The notes beneath the pieces are model-generated. The model was not told the DNA's origin. It made no database searches and worked only from the letters and a program-made list of their open reading frames with translations. A stretch of 64,000 nt of DNA from Clostridia bacterium (GTDB lineage: Bacteria > Bacillota > Clostridia > Christensenellales > Borkfalkiaceae): NCBI GenBank assembly GCA_017886575.1, contig JAGHJP010000050.1, positions 28,661 through 92,660 on the forward strand, written 5' to 3'. Position numbers and translations under genes: made by a program. Of this stretch, positions 29,107-38,040 are shown one piece after another; position 1 is the stretch's first letter, and every line of letters starts with the position of its first letter.

Positions 29107-29406
29107 TCAAAGTTTGATCTTAACGTCCACACCTGCGGGGAGGTGGATGGAGTCGAGCAGCTTTGCGTTGGGGGAATAGATGTCGATGATCCTCTTATAC
29201 GTTCTCAGCTCGAACTGCTCGCGGGAATCCTTGTCCTTGTGCGGGCTGCGGAGAATGGTCACGATCTCCTTTTCGGTGGGCAGCGGAATGGGCCCGGAAA
29301 TTTTCGCGCCGCTCTTCTGCATGGTCTCCACAATGCGCTTTGCCGCCTGGTCCACCAGCTCGTGCTCGTATGCCGCCAACTTGATCCTGATTTTCTGTCC
29401 TGCCAT
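29107..29406 (-). CDS. rpsJ: 30S ribosomal protein S10
   Basis: [44 protein letters not shown].... The second ATG (29404-29406) is chosen because the AAGGAG RBS lies 10 nt upstream of it. The ORF-track start at 29415 is only 1 nt from the RBS. Confidence 0.95.
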   Translation of the reverse strand: MAGQKIRIKLAAYEHELVDQAAKRIVETMQKSGAKISGPIPLPTEKEIVTILRSPHKDKDSREQFELRTYKRIIDIYSPNAKLLDSIHLPAGVDVKIKL

Positions 29407-29651
29407 GTTTGTCATACTCCTTTTCTTTTTATACTAACTATGTTTTCCTGTCAACATATCCGTGCGTATCGCGCCCTGACGTAAATAAAAACGCTCGTTG
29501 TCCCGGCGTTTTCTGCCAAAACTCGGTTAGTCGCAGAAGTCTCGCTTCCACTTTTGTCGGCGTAAATTATCTGCCGAGGCGGGTTTTGAGAACCTCGGAT
29601 TTACAGTAACTTCACGCGTCAACCCTATACGCATAATCAGACAGCTTATTC

Positions 29652-29680
29652 ATTATATTGAAAAGTCAATGGAATGTCAA
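29652..29680 (-). promoter_or_regulatory. consensus sigma-A promoter of the S10 operon
   Basis: Minus strand reads TTGACA (29675-29680), exact 17-nt spacer, TATAAT (29652-29657), with an A-rich UP-like tract upstream. This leaves a leader of about 240 nt before rpsJ. Confidence 0.7.
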
Positions 29681-30187
29681 TCGATTTTACTCGGTTTTTT
29701 TGAAAATTTTTATTTTTTTCCCTTTCCCGCCTCTTATTCCCCTTTTCGGAAAATTTTATAAGCCCGCTTTGCGCTTTTCCGGACGCGGGCGCCTCTTTCT
29801 TTATCCCCGTCGCTGTTTTTTGCGCTCCGTGTTTGCTTTTTCTTCCACGCGCTTTCGTCCCTTCTTTTCCCGTTCGGCATTCCTTTCCTTATTATATAAT
29901 ATAGGTACGGCCTTATATGGCCGCGCGGCAACCGCATTGCGACGGGCGTCGCTTTCGATCCGCCATGTCCGTCCGCCCTCTCAAAGGCGACAGGGAAAAG
30001 CCGTTATTCCCGGACATGTCCCGCTCCTTTTTCGTTTTACGGTCAAAAACAAAGGGACGGCGGCAAAGGACGCGGACGCACCTTCGGATCTTCCCTTCAA
30101 CGCGGGCATGGGCGGCGAAAAGTCACTTTACGGGACAAAAAAGAAACGGACGGAAAACCGTTCGCCTCTTTTCCTTTTTCGGACCGC

Positions 30188-30388
30188 TTACTTGGCTTCG
30201 TTCAGCGCCTTCAGCAGTTCGTCGAGTTTGAAACCGTGCACGGCGGCGGCCTCTTCGACCGTCTCGTTGTCCGCCATGATGCAATGGATGCAGCCCATCC
30301 CGAGGTTCCAGAGAACGTCCACCGCCGCGGGATTGATTTCGGGTATTTTTGCTACGACCGTATCTTTCGTGATCATCTGTTCGCTCAT
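30188..30388 (-). CDS. DUF1858 / hybrid-cluster-protein-associated redox disulfide domain protein
   Basis: 66-aa ORF MSEQMITKDTVVAKIPEINPAAVDVLWNLGMGCIHCIMADNETVEEAAAVHGFKLDELLKALNEAK, trimmed from track ORF 30188..30511. AAGGAG RBS and a GCIHC motif. Confidence 0.8.
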   Translation of the reverse strand: MSEQMITKDTVVAKIPEINPAAVDVLWNLGMGCIHCIMADNETVEEAAAVHGFKLDELLKALNEAK

Positions 30389-30549
30389 ATCGATATACTC
30401 CTTTTTGTTATGTCTTGTTTTGAGTTGTCCCATTATAGCACATCCGCCGCAAAAAGACAAGTCTTTGCGCGCACTTTTTCCGAAAAATGCCCCCTTCCCG
30501 TCCGCGGGCATATTTCCCCCGCGAAAAACATATTTTAGAACGGAAAGAC

Positions 30550-30727
30550 TTGTCTACACTTGTCAACATTTGCCCGCTGCATAGTGTGGACAAATCCGTG
30601 CATATATGCAAAGTTCGGGAAAGTTATCAACATTTTATCCACATATATCCACAAAAACAAACGTTTTCTTCCTTTTTCGACAAAATTTTTACGAATAGTA
30701 TGCGCAAGATCGGAAAAGTTATGAACA
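30550..30727. promoter_or_regulatory. cluster of DnaA-box-like 9-mers in an AT-rich intergenic region
   Basis: - Perfect: TTATCCACA at 30635-30643.
- One mismatch: 30624-30632 (TTATCAACA), 30645-30653 (ATATCCACA), 30585-30593 (inverted, TTGTCCACA).
- Two mismatches: 30550-30558, 30560-30568, 30719-30727. Confidence 0.6.
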
Positions 30728-30771
30728 ATTCCGAAAAAAATGTTAATATTTTATTTCCGAGGCAAAAACGA

Positions 30772-30800
30772 TTGACAAACGCGGCGGAAAACAATATAAT
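30772..30800 (+). promoter_or_regulatory. consensus sigma-A promoter of tRNA-Arg
   Basis: TTGACA (30772-30777), exact 17-nt spacer, TATAAT (30795-30800). It lies 26 nt upstream of the tRNA 5' end. Confidence 0.7.
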
Positions 30801-30826
30801 AGTATCTGTACTTTTCAAGAGAATAT

Positions 30827-30903
30827 GCGCCGTTAGCTCAGCTGGATAGAGCGTTGGTCTACGGAACCAAAGGCCAGGAGTTCGAATCTCTTACGGCGCG
30901 CCA
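30827..30903 (+). tRNA. tRNA-Arg (anticodon ACG)
   Basis: 77 nt folded by hand. Acceptor GCGCCGT/ACGGCGC, D arm GCTC-AGCTGGATA-GAGC, anticodon stem TTGGT/ACCAA with loop CTACGGA, T arm AGGAG-TTCGAAT-CTCTT, discriminator G, encoded CCA. Confidence 0.92.
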
Positions 30904-30961
30904 AAGAAATATAATCCGAATTATATCATCGTTACAGGTGATTGGTTCGGATTATTTCTTT
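30903..30961 (+). terminator. possible hairpin terminator after tRNA-Arg
   Basis: AAAGAAAT(AT)AATCCGAA at 30903-30920 pairs with TTCGGATTATTTCTTT at 30946-30961 across a 25-nt loop. The stem is AT-rich and the T-run lies within it. Confidence 0.4.
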
Positions 30962-31305
30962 ATACAAGCGAATGCTGATGCGATTGCACCTTCGGCGAAC
31001 GATACGCTATTCCGTCGCTTCGCTCCTCACGGATTTTCTCTTTTAGCAAGGGATTGTAAATAAAAAAGCGGCGGGCGCTTCATGTGAAGCACACGCCACC
31101 CTGCCGTTGTTTAAGCTTTTTAATATTCGGCGCAACCTATGCGGATCGCAATGAAATATGTATTTATATACCGCGTTCTCCCGCGGTCGTTACCGTACTC
31201 ATTCAACAGTCGTCCGTATGGTTTCAATCGGACTTTCTGTTAAGTTGTGTATTCAGTTGTGATTGCCTGTCGGTGCGCCGTCAAAACGGCCGTCCCATGA
31301 CCGCG

Positions 31306-32010
31306 TCAAAGGGTATTTACATATTCAAGCAGGGCGGCAAAGTCCCCTTGAGGGCACTGCGATATGTCCTTCTTTTCCCGGTTGATGAGGCAGCGCGTCG
31401 TCAAAAAGGTCCGGATTCCCGCCTGTTCCGCCGCCAGATCCTCCCGCGCATCGTTGCCGACCATGAGGCATTCGTCGGGGGCATGCCCGATTTTACCGAG
31501 GATCTCGGCATAGTACTGCGGGTTAGGTTTGCAGTAGTGCGAATTTTCATAAGACGTGATGAGGGCGAAGTCCCCCTCGTCCGCGCCCGACCAGGAAAGC
31601 CGCTTTTGCTGCGCGGTCATGGGGAACACGGGATTGGTGGCGAGCACGAGCGTATACCCCCGCGCTTTCAGCGCCTTCACCGCCGCCCCCGCGGCGGGGT
31701 CGAACCCGCACGCCGCTTTGAGCGCGTCGAAATCGTTGCGATAAAAGTCGTCAAACTTCTCTCTGTCGGCGTTCACCCGCGCGCCGAGCCGTGCCGAAGC
31801 CGTCGCCCAGAACACCTCTTCGTTGATGCTGGTGCCGTCGTTTTTGACCATCGCCGCCACGCCCCGCCAGACGGCGTCGATCATCTCTTCGGGCGCATAG
31901 CCGTGCGGCGCAAACTTCTTTGCCAGGCTGCCCATGTACGCCTTGGTGAACGCCTCCGCATCCATGGGCAGGAGCGTGCCGTCCATATCGAACAAAATTG
32001 CCTTTAACAT
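31306..32010 (-). CDS. HAD-superfamily hydrolase (subfamily IA-like)
   Basis: Track ORF 31306..32664 trimmed to the ATG at 32008-32010 (MLKAILFDMDGTLLP...), which has a GGAGG RBS. HAD motifs DMDGT, LATN and GNDAREDL. Confidence 0.85.
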   Translation of the reverse strand: MLKAILFDMDGTLLPMDAEAFTKAYMGSLAKKFAPHGYAPEEMIDAVWRGVAAMVKNDGTSINEEVFWATASARLGARVNADREKFDDFYRNDFDALKAACGFDPAAGAAVKALKARGYTLVLATNPVFPMTAQQKRLSWSGADEGDFALITSYENSHYCKPNPQYYAEILGKIGHAPDECLMVGNDAREDLAAEQAGIRTFLTTRCLINREKKDISQCPQGDFAALLEYVNTL

Positions 32011-32230
32011 ATCGCCTCCGTGTAAGATCATTCCGAACGGCCGCCGGCCGCGAAAAAAAATATCCTCTATATTATACCGTTTTTTTCCGCCGATGTAAAG
32101 CGGCGCGACGCGCTTATCCGCGGCGAAAACAAAAAATACGCGCGGCGGTCGCCTTTTGCAGACGCGAGGGCGTCCCCTCCTCCCGAAAGCCTTTTTCGGG
32201 GCAGGGGGGAAATTTTCCCGGGGCAGGGCG

Positions 32231-32259
32231 TTGACAGGGACGGGAAAGTGTGTTACACT
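32231..32259 (+). promoter_or_regulatory. putative promoter of rarA
   Basis: TTGACA (32231-32236), 17-nt spacer, TACACT (32254-32259). Confidence 0.5.
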
Positions 32260-32316
32260 GTAACCGCCGCAGGGATGGCGGGACGAACAAGCCCGCAGCG
32301 GCGAAAGAGGCCAAAC

Positions 32317-33642
32317 ATGTACGAACAGAGAACGATCTTTGAAAAAGAAAACGCGCTGCCGCTGGCGGCGCGGCTGCGGCCGCGCACGCTGGAAGAATAC
32401 TGCGGGCAAAAACATCTGCTGGGCGAGGGAAAGGTGCTGCGGCGGCTGATCGAGAACGACAACGTTGGCTCGATGATCTTCTGGGGCCCGCCCGGCGTGG
32501 GCAAGACCACGCTCGCCCGCATCATCGCGAACCGCACCAAGGCGAAATTCATCGATTTCTCCGCCGTGACGAGCGGCATCAAGGAGATCAAGCAGGTCAT
32601 GGAGCAGGCGGAGAAGAACCGCCTGTTCGGCGAGCGCACCATTCTGTTCGTGGACGAGATACACCGCTTCAACAAGGCGCAGCAGGACGCCTTTCTGCCA
32701 TTCGTGGAAAAGGGGAGCATCATCCTCATCGGCGCGACGACCGAAAACCCCTCCTTCGAGGTCAACGGCGCTCTCCTCTCCCGCTGCAAGGTATTCGTCC
32801 TGCAGGCATTGAGCGCGGACGACCTACACGAACTTCTGACCCGTGCCCTGACCGACGAGCGGGGCTTCGGCAAACAGAAAATAGACATCTCCGACGACCT
32901 GCTGCGCGCCATCGCCTCCTTTGCGAACGGCGACGCGCGCGTCGCCCTCTCCACCCTGGAAATGGCGGTGCTGAACGGGCGGACGGAGGGGGATAAGACG
33001 GTGGTCACCGACGAGGACATCGAGCAGTGCACTTCGCGCAAGTCCCTGCTCTACGACAAGAAGGGCGAGGAGCACTACAACCTCATTTCCGCGCTGCACA
33101 AGTCCATGCGCAACTCCGACCCCGACGCGGCGGTCTACTGGCTGGCGCGCATGCTGGAAGCGGGCGAGGATCCCCTGTACGTTGCCCGCCGCGTGACACG
33201 GTTTGCGAGCGAGGACGTGGGACTTGCCGACCCGCGCGCCCTGGAGATCGCCGTCGCCGCCTATCAGGCGTGCAACTTCATCGGCATGCCCGAATGCACG
33301 GTGCACCTGACCGAAGCGGTGGTATACCTCTCCCTCGCGCCCAAGTCCAACGCCCTCGACGTCGCCTACATGCGTGCGCGGAAGGACGCCCTGACGACCA
33401 TTGCCGAGCCGGTGCCCCTCGTCATACGCAACGCGCCGACCAGGCTCATGAAGGAGCTCGATTACGGCAAGGGCTACCAATACGCCCACGACGCGAAGGA
33501 CAAGCTGACCGACATGCAGTGCCTGCCCGACAACCTTCTGGACCGGGAGTATTACACCCCGACCGAAGAGGGGCTGGAAGGACGGTTCAAGGCCCGACTG
33601 GAAGAGATAAAGACATGGAAAAAGGAACACGGCGGCAAGTGA
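32317..33642 (+). CDS. rarA: replication-associated recombination protein A (AAA+ ATPase RarA/MgsA)
   Basis: Track ORF trimmed to the ATG at 32317 (MYEQRTIFEKENALPLAARLRPRTLEEYCGQ...). Walker A GPPGVGKTT, Walker B ILFVDEIHRFNK. C-terminal MgsA domain RNSDPDAAVYWLARML. Confidence 0.95.
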   Translation: MYEQRTIFEKENALPLAARLRPRTLEEYCGQKHLLGEGKVLRRLIENDNVGSMIFWGPPGVGKTTLARIIANRTKAKFIDFSAVTSGIKEIKQVMEQAEKNRLFGERTILFVDEIHRFNKAQQDAFLPFVEKGSIILIGATTENPSFEVNGALLSRCKVFVLQALSADDLHELLTRALTDERGFGKQKIDISDDLLRAIASFANGDARVALSTLEMAVLNGRTEGDKTVVTDEDIEQCTSRKSLLYDKKGEEHYNLISALHKSMRNSDPDAAVYWLARMLEAGEDPLYVARRVTRFASEDVGLADPRALEIAVAAYQACNFIGMPECTVHLTEAVVYLSLAPKSNALDVAYMRARKDALTTIAEPVPLVIRNAPTRLMKELDYGKGYQYAHDAKDKLTDMQCLPDNLLDREYYTPTEEGLEGRFKARLEEIKTWKKEHGGK

Positions 33643-33704
33643 CCTTCGTCCCGTTCTCTTCCGCGAATGAATTTTTTACCGCACCCATGCCCGCGTATAA
33701 CGGT

Positions 33705-33743
33705 AAAAGGCGGGACGCAAAAAATTTTGCGTCCCGCCTTTTT
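33705..33743. terminator. bidirectional Rho-independent terminator
   Basis: AAAA GGCGGGACGC aaaaaatttt GCGTCCCGCC TTTTT, lying between the convergent rarA and fucO. Confidence 0.8.
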
Positions 33744-33778
33744 GTCTTTCCCTTCCGCCGCAACATGCGGCGCGCCGG

Positions 33779-34924
33779 TCACAGCAGGGATCTATACAAC
33801 GCGATGATGTCCTCTTTCGTGGGATCCTTGGGGTTGCCGGGACGGCAGGCGTCGTCCATTGCCGACTGCGCGAGGAAGTCGAGGTCCTCTTCCCTGACGA
33901 TGCCCTTCAGATCCTGCGGGATGCCGACATCCTTGGAGAGCTGCCTGACCGCGTCGATCGCCGCCTTGCGGTACTCCTCCTGCGACATGCCGTCCACGCC
34001 CTGCACGCCCATGGCGCGCGCGATCTCGCGGTATTTTTCTCCCGTCGCGGGCGCGTTATACGCCATGACGGTGGGCAGGATGATGGCGTTCGCCACGCCG
34101 TGCGGGGTGTCATAGAGCGCGCCCAGAGGGTGCGCCATGGAGTGCACGATGCCCAAGCCGACATTGGAGAAGCCCATGCCCGCAATGTACTGTCCAAGCG
34201 CCATGCCCTCTCTGCCTTCGGGGGTGTTGTCGACCGCGCCGCGCAGGGAACGGGAGATGATCTCGATCGCCTTCAGGTGGAACATGTCCGAAAGCTCCCA
34301 CGCGCCCTTGGTGATGTAGCCCTCGATGGCGTGGGTCAGGGCGTCCATGCCCGTCGCCGCCGTCAGTCCTTTGGGCATGGTGGACATCATTTCGGGGTCG
34401 ACCACCGCCACGACGGGGATGTCGTGGGGATCGACGCAGACGAACTTGCGGTTCTTTTCGACGTCCGTGATGACGTAGTTGATGGTGACTTCCGCCGCCG
34501 TGCCCGCCGTGGTGGGAACGGCGATGATGGGAACGGCGGGCTTTTTGGTCTGCACCGCCCCTTCGAGGCTGCGCACGTCCTCGTGCTCGGGGTTGGCGAT
34601 GATGATGCCGATCGCCTTCGCCGTGTCCATGGACGAGCCGCCGCCGATGGCGATGATATGGTCCGCACCGCTCTTTTTGAACGCCGCCACGCCCGTCTGC
34701 ACGTTTTCGATGGTCGGGTTGGGCTTGATGTCCGAATACAGCTCGTACGCCATGCCGGCATCCTGCAGCACTTTGAGCACCTTATCGGTGACGTGGAACT
34801 TGACCAGGTCGGGGTCGGAGCAGACGAACGCCTTTTTGAAAGCGCGCGCTTTGACCTCGTCGGCAATGGCGGCAATGGCGCCCGCGCCGTGGTAGCTTGT
34901 TTCGTTGAGAATGAATCTGTTCAT
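33779..34924 (-). CDS. fucO: lactaldehyde reductase / L-1,2-propanediol oxidoreductase (iron-containing ADH)
   Basis: 381 aa and collinear with E. coli FucO as I remember it: NRFILNETSYHGAGA..., VPTTAGTAAEVTINYVITD, KFVCVDPHDIP, DALTHAIEGYIT, GLGIVHSMAHPLGA. Confidence 0.9.
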   Translation of the reverse strand: MNRFILNETSYHGAGAIAAIADEVKARAFKKAFVCSDPDLVKFHVTDKVLKVLQDAGMAYELYSDIKPNPTIENVQTGVAAFKKSGADHIIAIGGGSSMDTAKAIGIIIANPEHEDVRSLEGAVQTKKPAVPIIAVPTTAGTAAEVTINYVITDVEKNRKFVCVDPHDIPVVAVVDPEMMSTMPKGLTAATGMDALTHAIEGYITKGAWELSDMFHLKAIEIISRSLRGAVDNTPEGREGMALGQYIAGMGFSNVGLGIVHSMAHPLGALYDTPHGVANAIILPTVMAYNAPATGEKYREIARAMGVQGVDGMSQEEYRKAAIDAVRQLSKDVGIPQDLKGIVREEDLDFLAQSAMDDACRPGNPKDPTKEDIIALYRSLL

Positions 34925-35002
34925 GAATAACTCCTCCTTGTAACGGCGTTGCGCCGCATTTTTTATTTTTTTCGGATGACAAACTTTCGTTTGCGGACGG
35001 CT

Positions 35003-37033
35003 CTATGCCGCGCCGCCCTCCTCCCCTTCGGGGGAGAGCGCGGGACGGCCGTACTTTTCGCGCAGGGCGTTGAACTCGGCAAGCGTTTCCCTGTCGCGCT
35101 CGGCCTTCCTTTCCGCCGCCTGCGCCGCTTTCCGGGCAAGCGCCTCTTTTTCCGCGTCACTCATGGCAGCGAATTTTGCCTCTGCCGCCCTTTCGCGTTC
35201 GGCTTTCCTGGCGTCTGCAGCCGCTTTTTTGGCTTCCGCCGCCGCCTGTTTTTCGGCGAGAGACTGCCGGTATTTCCCCTCTTCCGCTTCAAAGTCCAGC
35301 CCCTTCTTTTCGCAGCGGGCTTTGAGCTCGGCGATCCTCGCCTCTTCGGACGCGGCCTCGGCTTCCGCCTCTTCCTGCTTCAATTTTTCGGCGGGATCGA
35401 CATATTCGCGCCCCTCGGCTTCCGCCTCCGCCTTCTGGTTGAGGACGATGGCTCTATGGTCGAGCGAAGAGAATTTTTCCACGCCCATAAAGAGAAAGAT
35501 GACGACGATGACGGCATAACAGATGGTTTCGCCGCCGATGAATACCCAGGGCATTGCCGCGCGGAGCGCCTCGGAAGACACGGTATCTGCGGAATAGTCG
35601 ACGCCGCTCAGGACGAAGTTCAGAATGCCCGTCGCGACGCCCGTCATTCCCGCCATGATGGCGCCGTAGACCGTCATGGTCAGGCCGTCCGTGCGGACCC
35701 CGTGCAGAGCTTCCTGGTGGTCGAGAACGTCGGCGAGCAGGGCGAGCGAGAGATACATGGCGGGCGTGGAGCCGAGCGCCTTGACGACGAAGGACACGAC
35801 GACGAGCGGGAAGTTTTCGGGATCGATAAACCCGATGGCGCCGCCGATGACGGAGAGGATCGCACCGAACAGGATCGCCCTGCCCTTGCCGATCTTATTG
35901 GAGAGCGGCCAGGCGATGAGCATGCCCACCGCCGTGGGAACGGCGCCGATGATGGAGAGCGTGCCCTGATAGACCCCGCCGATGGCGGCGGAATACGCCC
36001 CGTTGTCCGAGAACATTGCCGAGCAGAAGTAGGGCTGGGAAACGTTCTTCAACATGCCGCCGAGCTGATAGAGGAAGAAAAAGGCGATCATGATCCACCA
36101 GAACTTGTCTTTGAGGCAGACCTTTGCCTGTGCGGCGATGGGCGCGGCTTTCCTTTCTTCGGCGGCAACTTTGCCCGTGAAGGATTCCTCCGTCACGCGT
36201 TCGCGGGTAAAGAAGTATTCCACGAGCGCACCCACGAACGTGATGATCACGAGAGCAATGACGAAGATCTTCCAGTGATTGTACGAAGCCGGTCCGTCCA
36301 GAATGGCGTTGCCCGTCGCGTTAACATAGTACAAAATTTCCCCCGTCGCCTCGTCCAGAACGGGCAGAGCATCCGCGGGAAGTTGCGCGGGATCGAGCTG
36401 ATAGACGAACAGCATGCCCAGGAAGAAGGGCAGGATCATGGACGAAAGCCCCATCGCCGCCAGCGCCGTTGCGTTGGAGATGGTGGCGAGCAGGGAACGG
36501 TCCTTGCTGTTGCGCGTGGAGAGGCTGACGAGCGCCGCGTGCGGCGTGTAGTAGAACGGGTAGGCGACGGCGAACCACAGGTTATAGCCGACCGCGATGA
36601 GCACGAGCGCCGTGAGCTGCGTGCCCCCGTCGCTCGTTTCGTTGGCGAAGGGCGTGAGCACGAAGAGAATGAGCAGGGCGATGACGCTGAGCGGCACGGA
36701 GAGGAGCAGGAGAGGCCGCGCCTTGCCCGCCCGCGTGCGGCTGCGGTCCATGAGCCTCCCCACGAGAATGTTGCCGAGCACGACGAACACCACCGAGATG
36801 ACGGGCAGCCAGGTGAAGAACGCATCAGCCCACTCCTTGATGTTCAGGACGTCGGTCATGTAACGGTTGTAGTAGTTCGACAAAACGGAGTTGGCAAGAA
36901 GCGCCAGCGTCGGCCCCACGAGGTAACCCAGGGCGCCCTCGGGGAAGAGCTTTGCGTTCGCCGACTTTACCTTGCTTGAAAGCAGAGGCGAATCGAAGAC
37001 GGATCTCTTTTCTTTTTGATTGGTTTCGGTCAT
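35003..37033 (-). CDS. glycoside-pentoside-hexuronide (GPH/MelB-like) family sugar:cation symporter with a long charged C-terminal tail
   Basis: 676 aa. About 12 TM helices with GPH-like N-terminal motifs (GRLMDRSRTRAGKARP). The last ~165 aa are E/A/K-rich predicted coiled coil. Embedded in the rhamnose locus. Confidence 0.8.
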   Translation of the reverse strand: MTETNQKEKRSVFDSPLLSSKVKSANAKLFPEGALGYLVGPTLALLANSVLSNYYNRYMTDVLNIKEWADAFFTWLPVISVVFVVLGNILVGRLMDRSRTRAGKARPLLLLSVPLSVIALLILFVLTPFANETSDGGTQLTALVLIAVGYNLWFAVAYPFYYTPHAALVSLSTRNSKDRSLLATISNATALAAMGLSSMILPFFLGMLFVYQLDPAQLPADALPVLDEATGEILYYVNATGNAILDGPASYNHWKIFVIALVIITFVGALVEYFFTRERVTEESFTGKVAAEERKAAPIAAQAKVCLKDKFWWIMIAFFFLYQLGGMLKNVSQPYFCSAMFSDNGAYSAAIGGVYQGTLSIIGAVPTAVGMLIAWPLSNKIGKGRAILFGAILSVIGGAIGFIDPENFPLVVVSFVVKALGSTPAMYLSLALLADVLDHQEALHGVRTDGLTMTVYGAIMAGMTGVATGILNFVLSGVDYSADTVSSEALRAAMPWVFIGGETICYAVIVVIFLFMGVEKFSSLDHRAIVLNQKAEAEAEGREYVDPAEKLKQEEAEAEAASEEARIAELKARCEKKGLDFEAEEGKYRQSLAEKQAAAEAKKAAADARKAERERAAEAKFAAMSDAEKEALARKAAQAAERKAERDRETLAEFNALREKYGRPALSPEGEEGGAA

Positions 37034-37185
37034 GAGTTTTCCCCTTTTGAATGGAATTGCCGCGACCCTCCCCCGTGCGGGGAAGGACGCGTTTTGTTCG
37101 ATGAAAAAGCAAAGGCAAGCGGGGCATGCCCGCGTTTTTCCGCCCCTTCCCCCGCTTTACGCAGACGGGAAAAGGCGGGAAAGAC

Positions 37186-38010
37186 TCATTTGTCCAGGTG
37201 CAGGAAATCCCTGCGGTAATTTTTGATGCCGAAGAGCTCCACGAGCTTGACCATGTCCTCGTCGCGGATGGTGTTGATGCGGGGATGTCCCGCGGTGAGC
37301 ATGTAGATCTGCGCCGCCTTTTCCACCGTTTCGATGAGGCCGAACGTTTCGTCCAGCGTCTTGCCCGCGCCGTACACGCCGTGGAGCGCCCAGACGACCA
37401 CGCGGAAGTCCTTCATCTTTTCCGCCGTCGCCTCGCCGATGGAATTCGTGCCGCAGAGCATCCAGGGGAGCACCCCGACGCCCTCGGGAAAGACGACGAT
37501 GCACTCCGTGCACATCTCCCAGAGAGTGTGCGTCACCTTCGCCTCGTCCAGCTCGTGAATGTAGTTCATGGCGAGAAGATTGGTGGGATGGGTGTGCATG
37601 ACCACGCGGTTTTCGGGGTCGACCCGGAGGCGCACCATGTGGCTCATCATGTGCGCGGGAAATTCGGATGTGAATTTGCCGCCATCCTTAAACCCCCAGA
37701 GGAGCTGGGCGGTCGTGCCGTCCTCCTTGATGCGGATCACGCCGAGATTGGTCTCGGGGTCGCCTTCCACGTTCTTGAAGTACTTGCCCGTGCCCGTCAC
37801 GATGAAATATTTGCCCGCGAGCGGCAGGGCGTTGAACCCCGTGGGGATCTCGCGGAGGACGGTATGTACGTCGAGATACTCGGCGACTTCTCTTTCGTCC
37901 AGAAGATAACTGATGTTGCCGCCGTTGCGCTCGTCCCAGCCGAGGCGGTACATGTTGGCGGTCGTCTTGCCCATGTCGACGACGAAGGGGGCGCTGAAAA
38001 TGTTTTTCAT
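37186..38010 (-). CDS. rhaD: rhamnulose-1-phosphate aldolase
   Basis: 274 aa. MYRLGWDERNGGNISYLL, VVMHTHPTNLLAM, ALHGVYGAG (class II aldolase, RhaD pattern). Confidence 0.9.
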   Translation of the reverse strand: MKNIFSAPFVVDMGKTTANMYRLGWDERNGGNISYLLDEREVAEYLDVHTVLREIPTGFNALPLAGKYFIVTGTGKYFKNVEGDPETNLGVIRIKEDGTTAQLLWGFKDGGKFTSEFPAHMMSHMVRLRVDPENRVVMHTHPTNLLAMNYIHELDEAKVTHTLWEMCTECIVVFPEGVGVLPWMLCGTNSIGEATAEKMKDFRVVVWALHGVYGAGKTLDETFGLIETVEKAAQIYMLTAGHPRINTIRDEDMVKLVELFGIKNYRRDFLHLDK

Positions 38011-38040
38011 GATATTTTTCTACTTCCTTTTTCCATATTC

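Noticed and set aside
29658-30584. 308-aa plus-strand ORF spanning the rpsJ-DUF1858 gap
   Set aside because: It is low-complexity (F/P/S/L/R-rich) and has no RBS. It runs antisense through the well-supported DUF1858 gene and starts inside the S10 promoter.
30550-30770. Calling this region the chromosomal origin (oriC)
   Set aside because: No dnaA, dnaN or rpmH gene is in the window. I see no clear DnaA-trio or 13-mer unwinding element, and GC skew cannot be computed reliably by eye. It is kept only as a DnaA-box cluster.
30904-31305. Prophage or integrative element at tRNA-Arg
   Set aside because: No integrase, no phage gene and no direct repeat of the tRNA 3' end is visible in the window. 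Only a composition anomaly remains.
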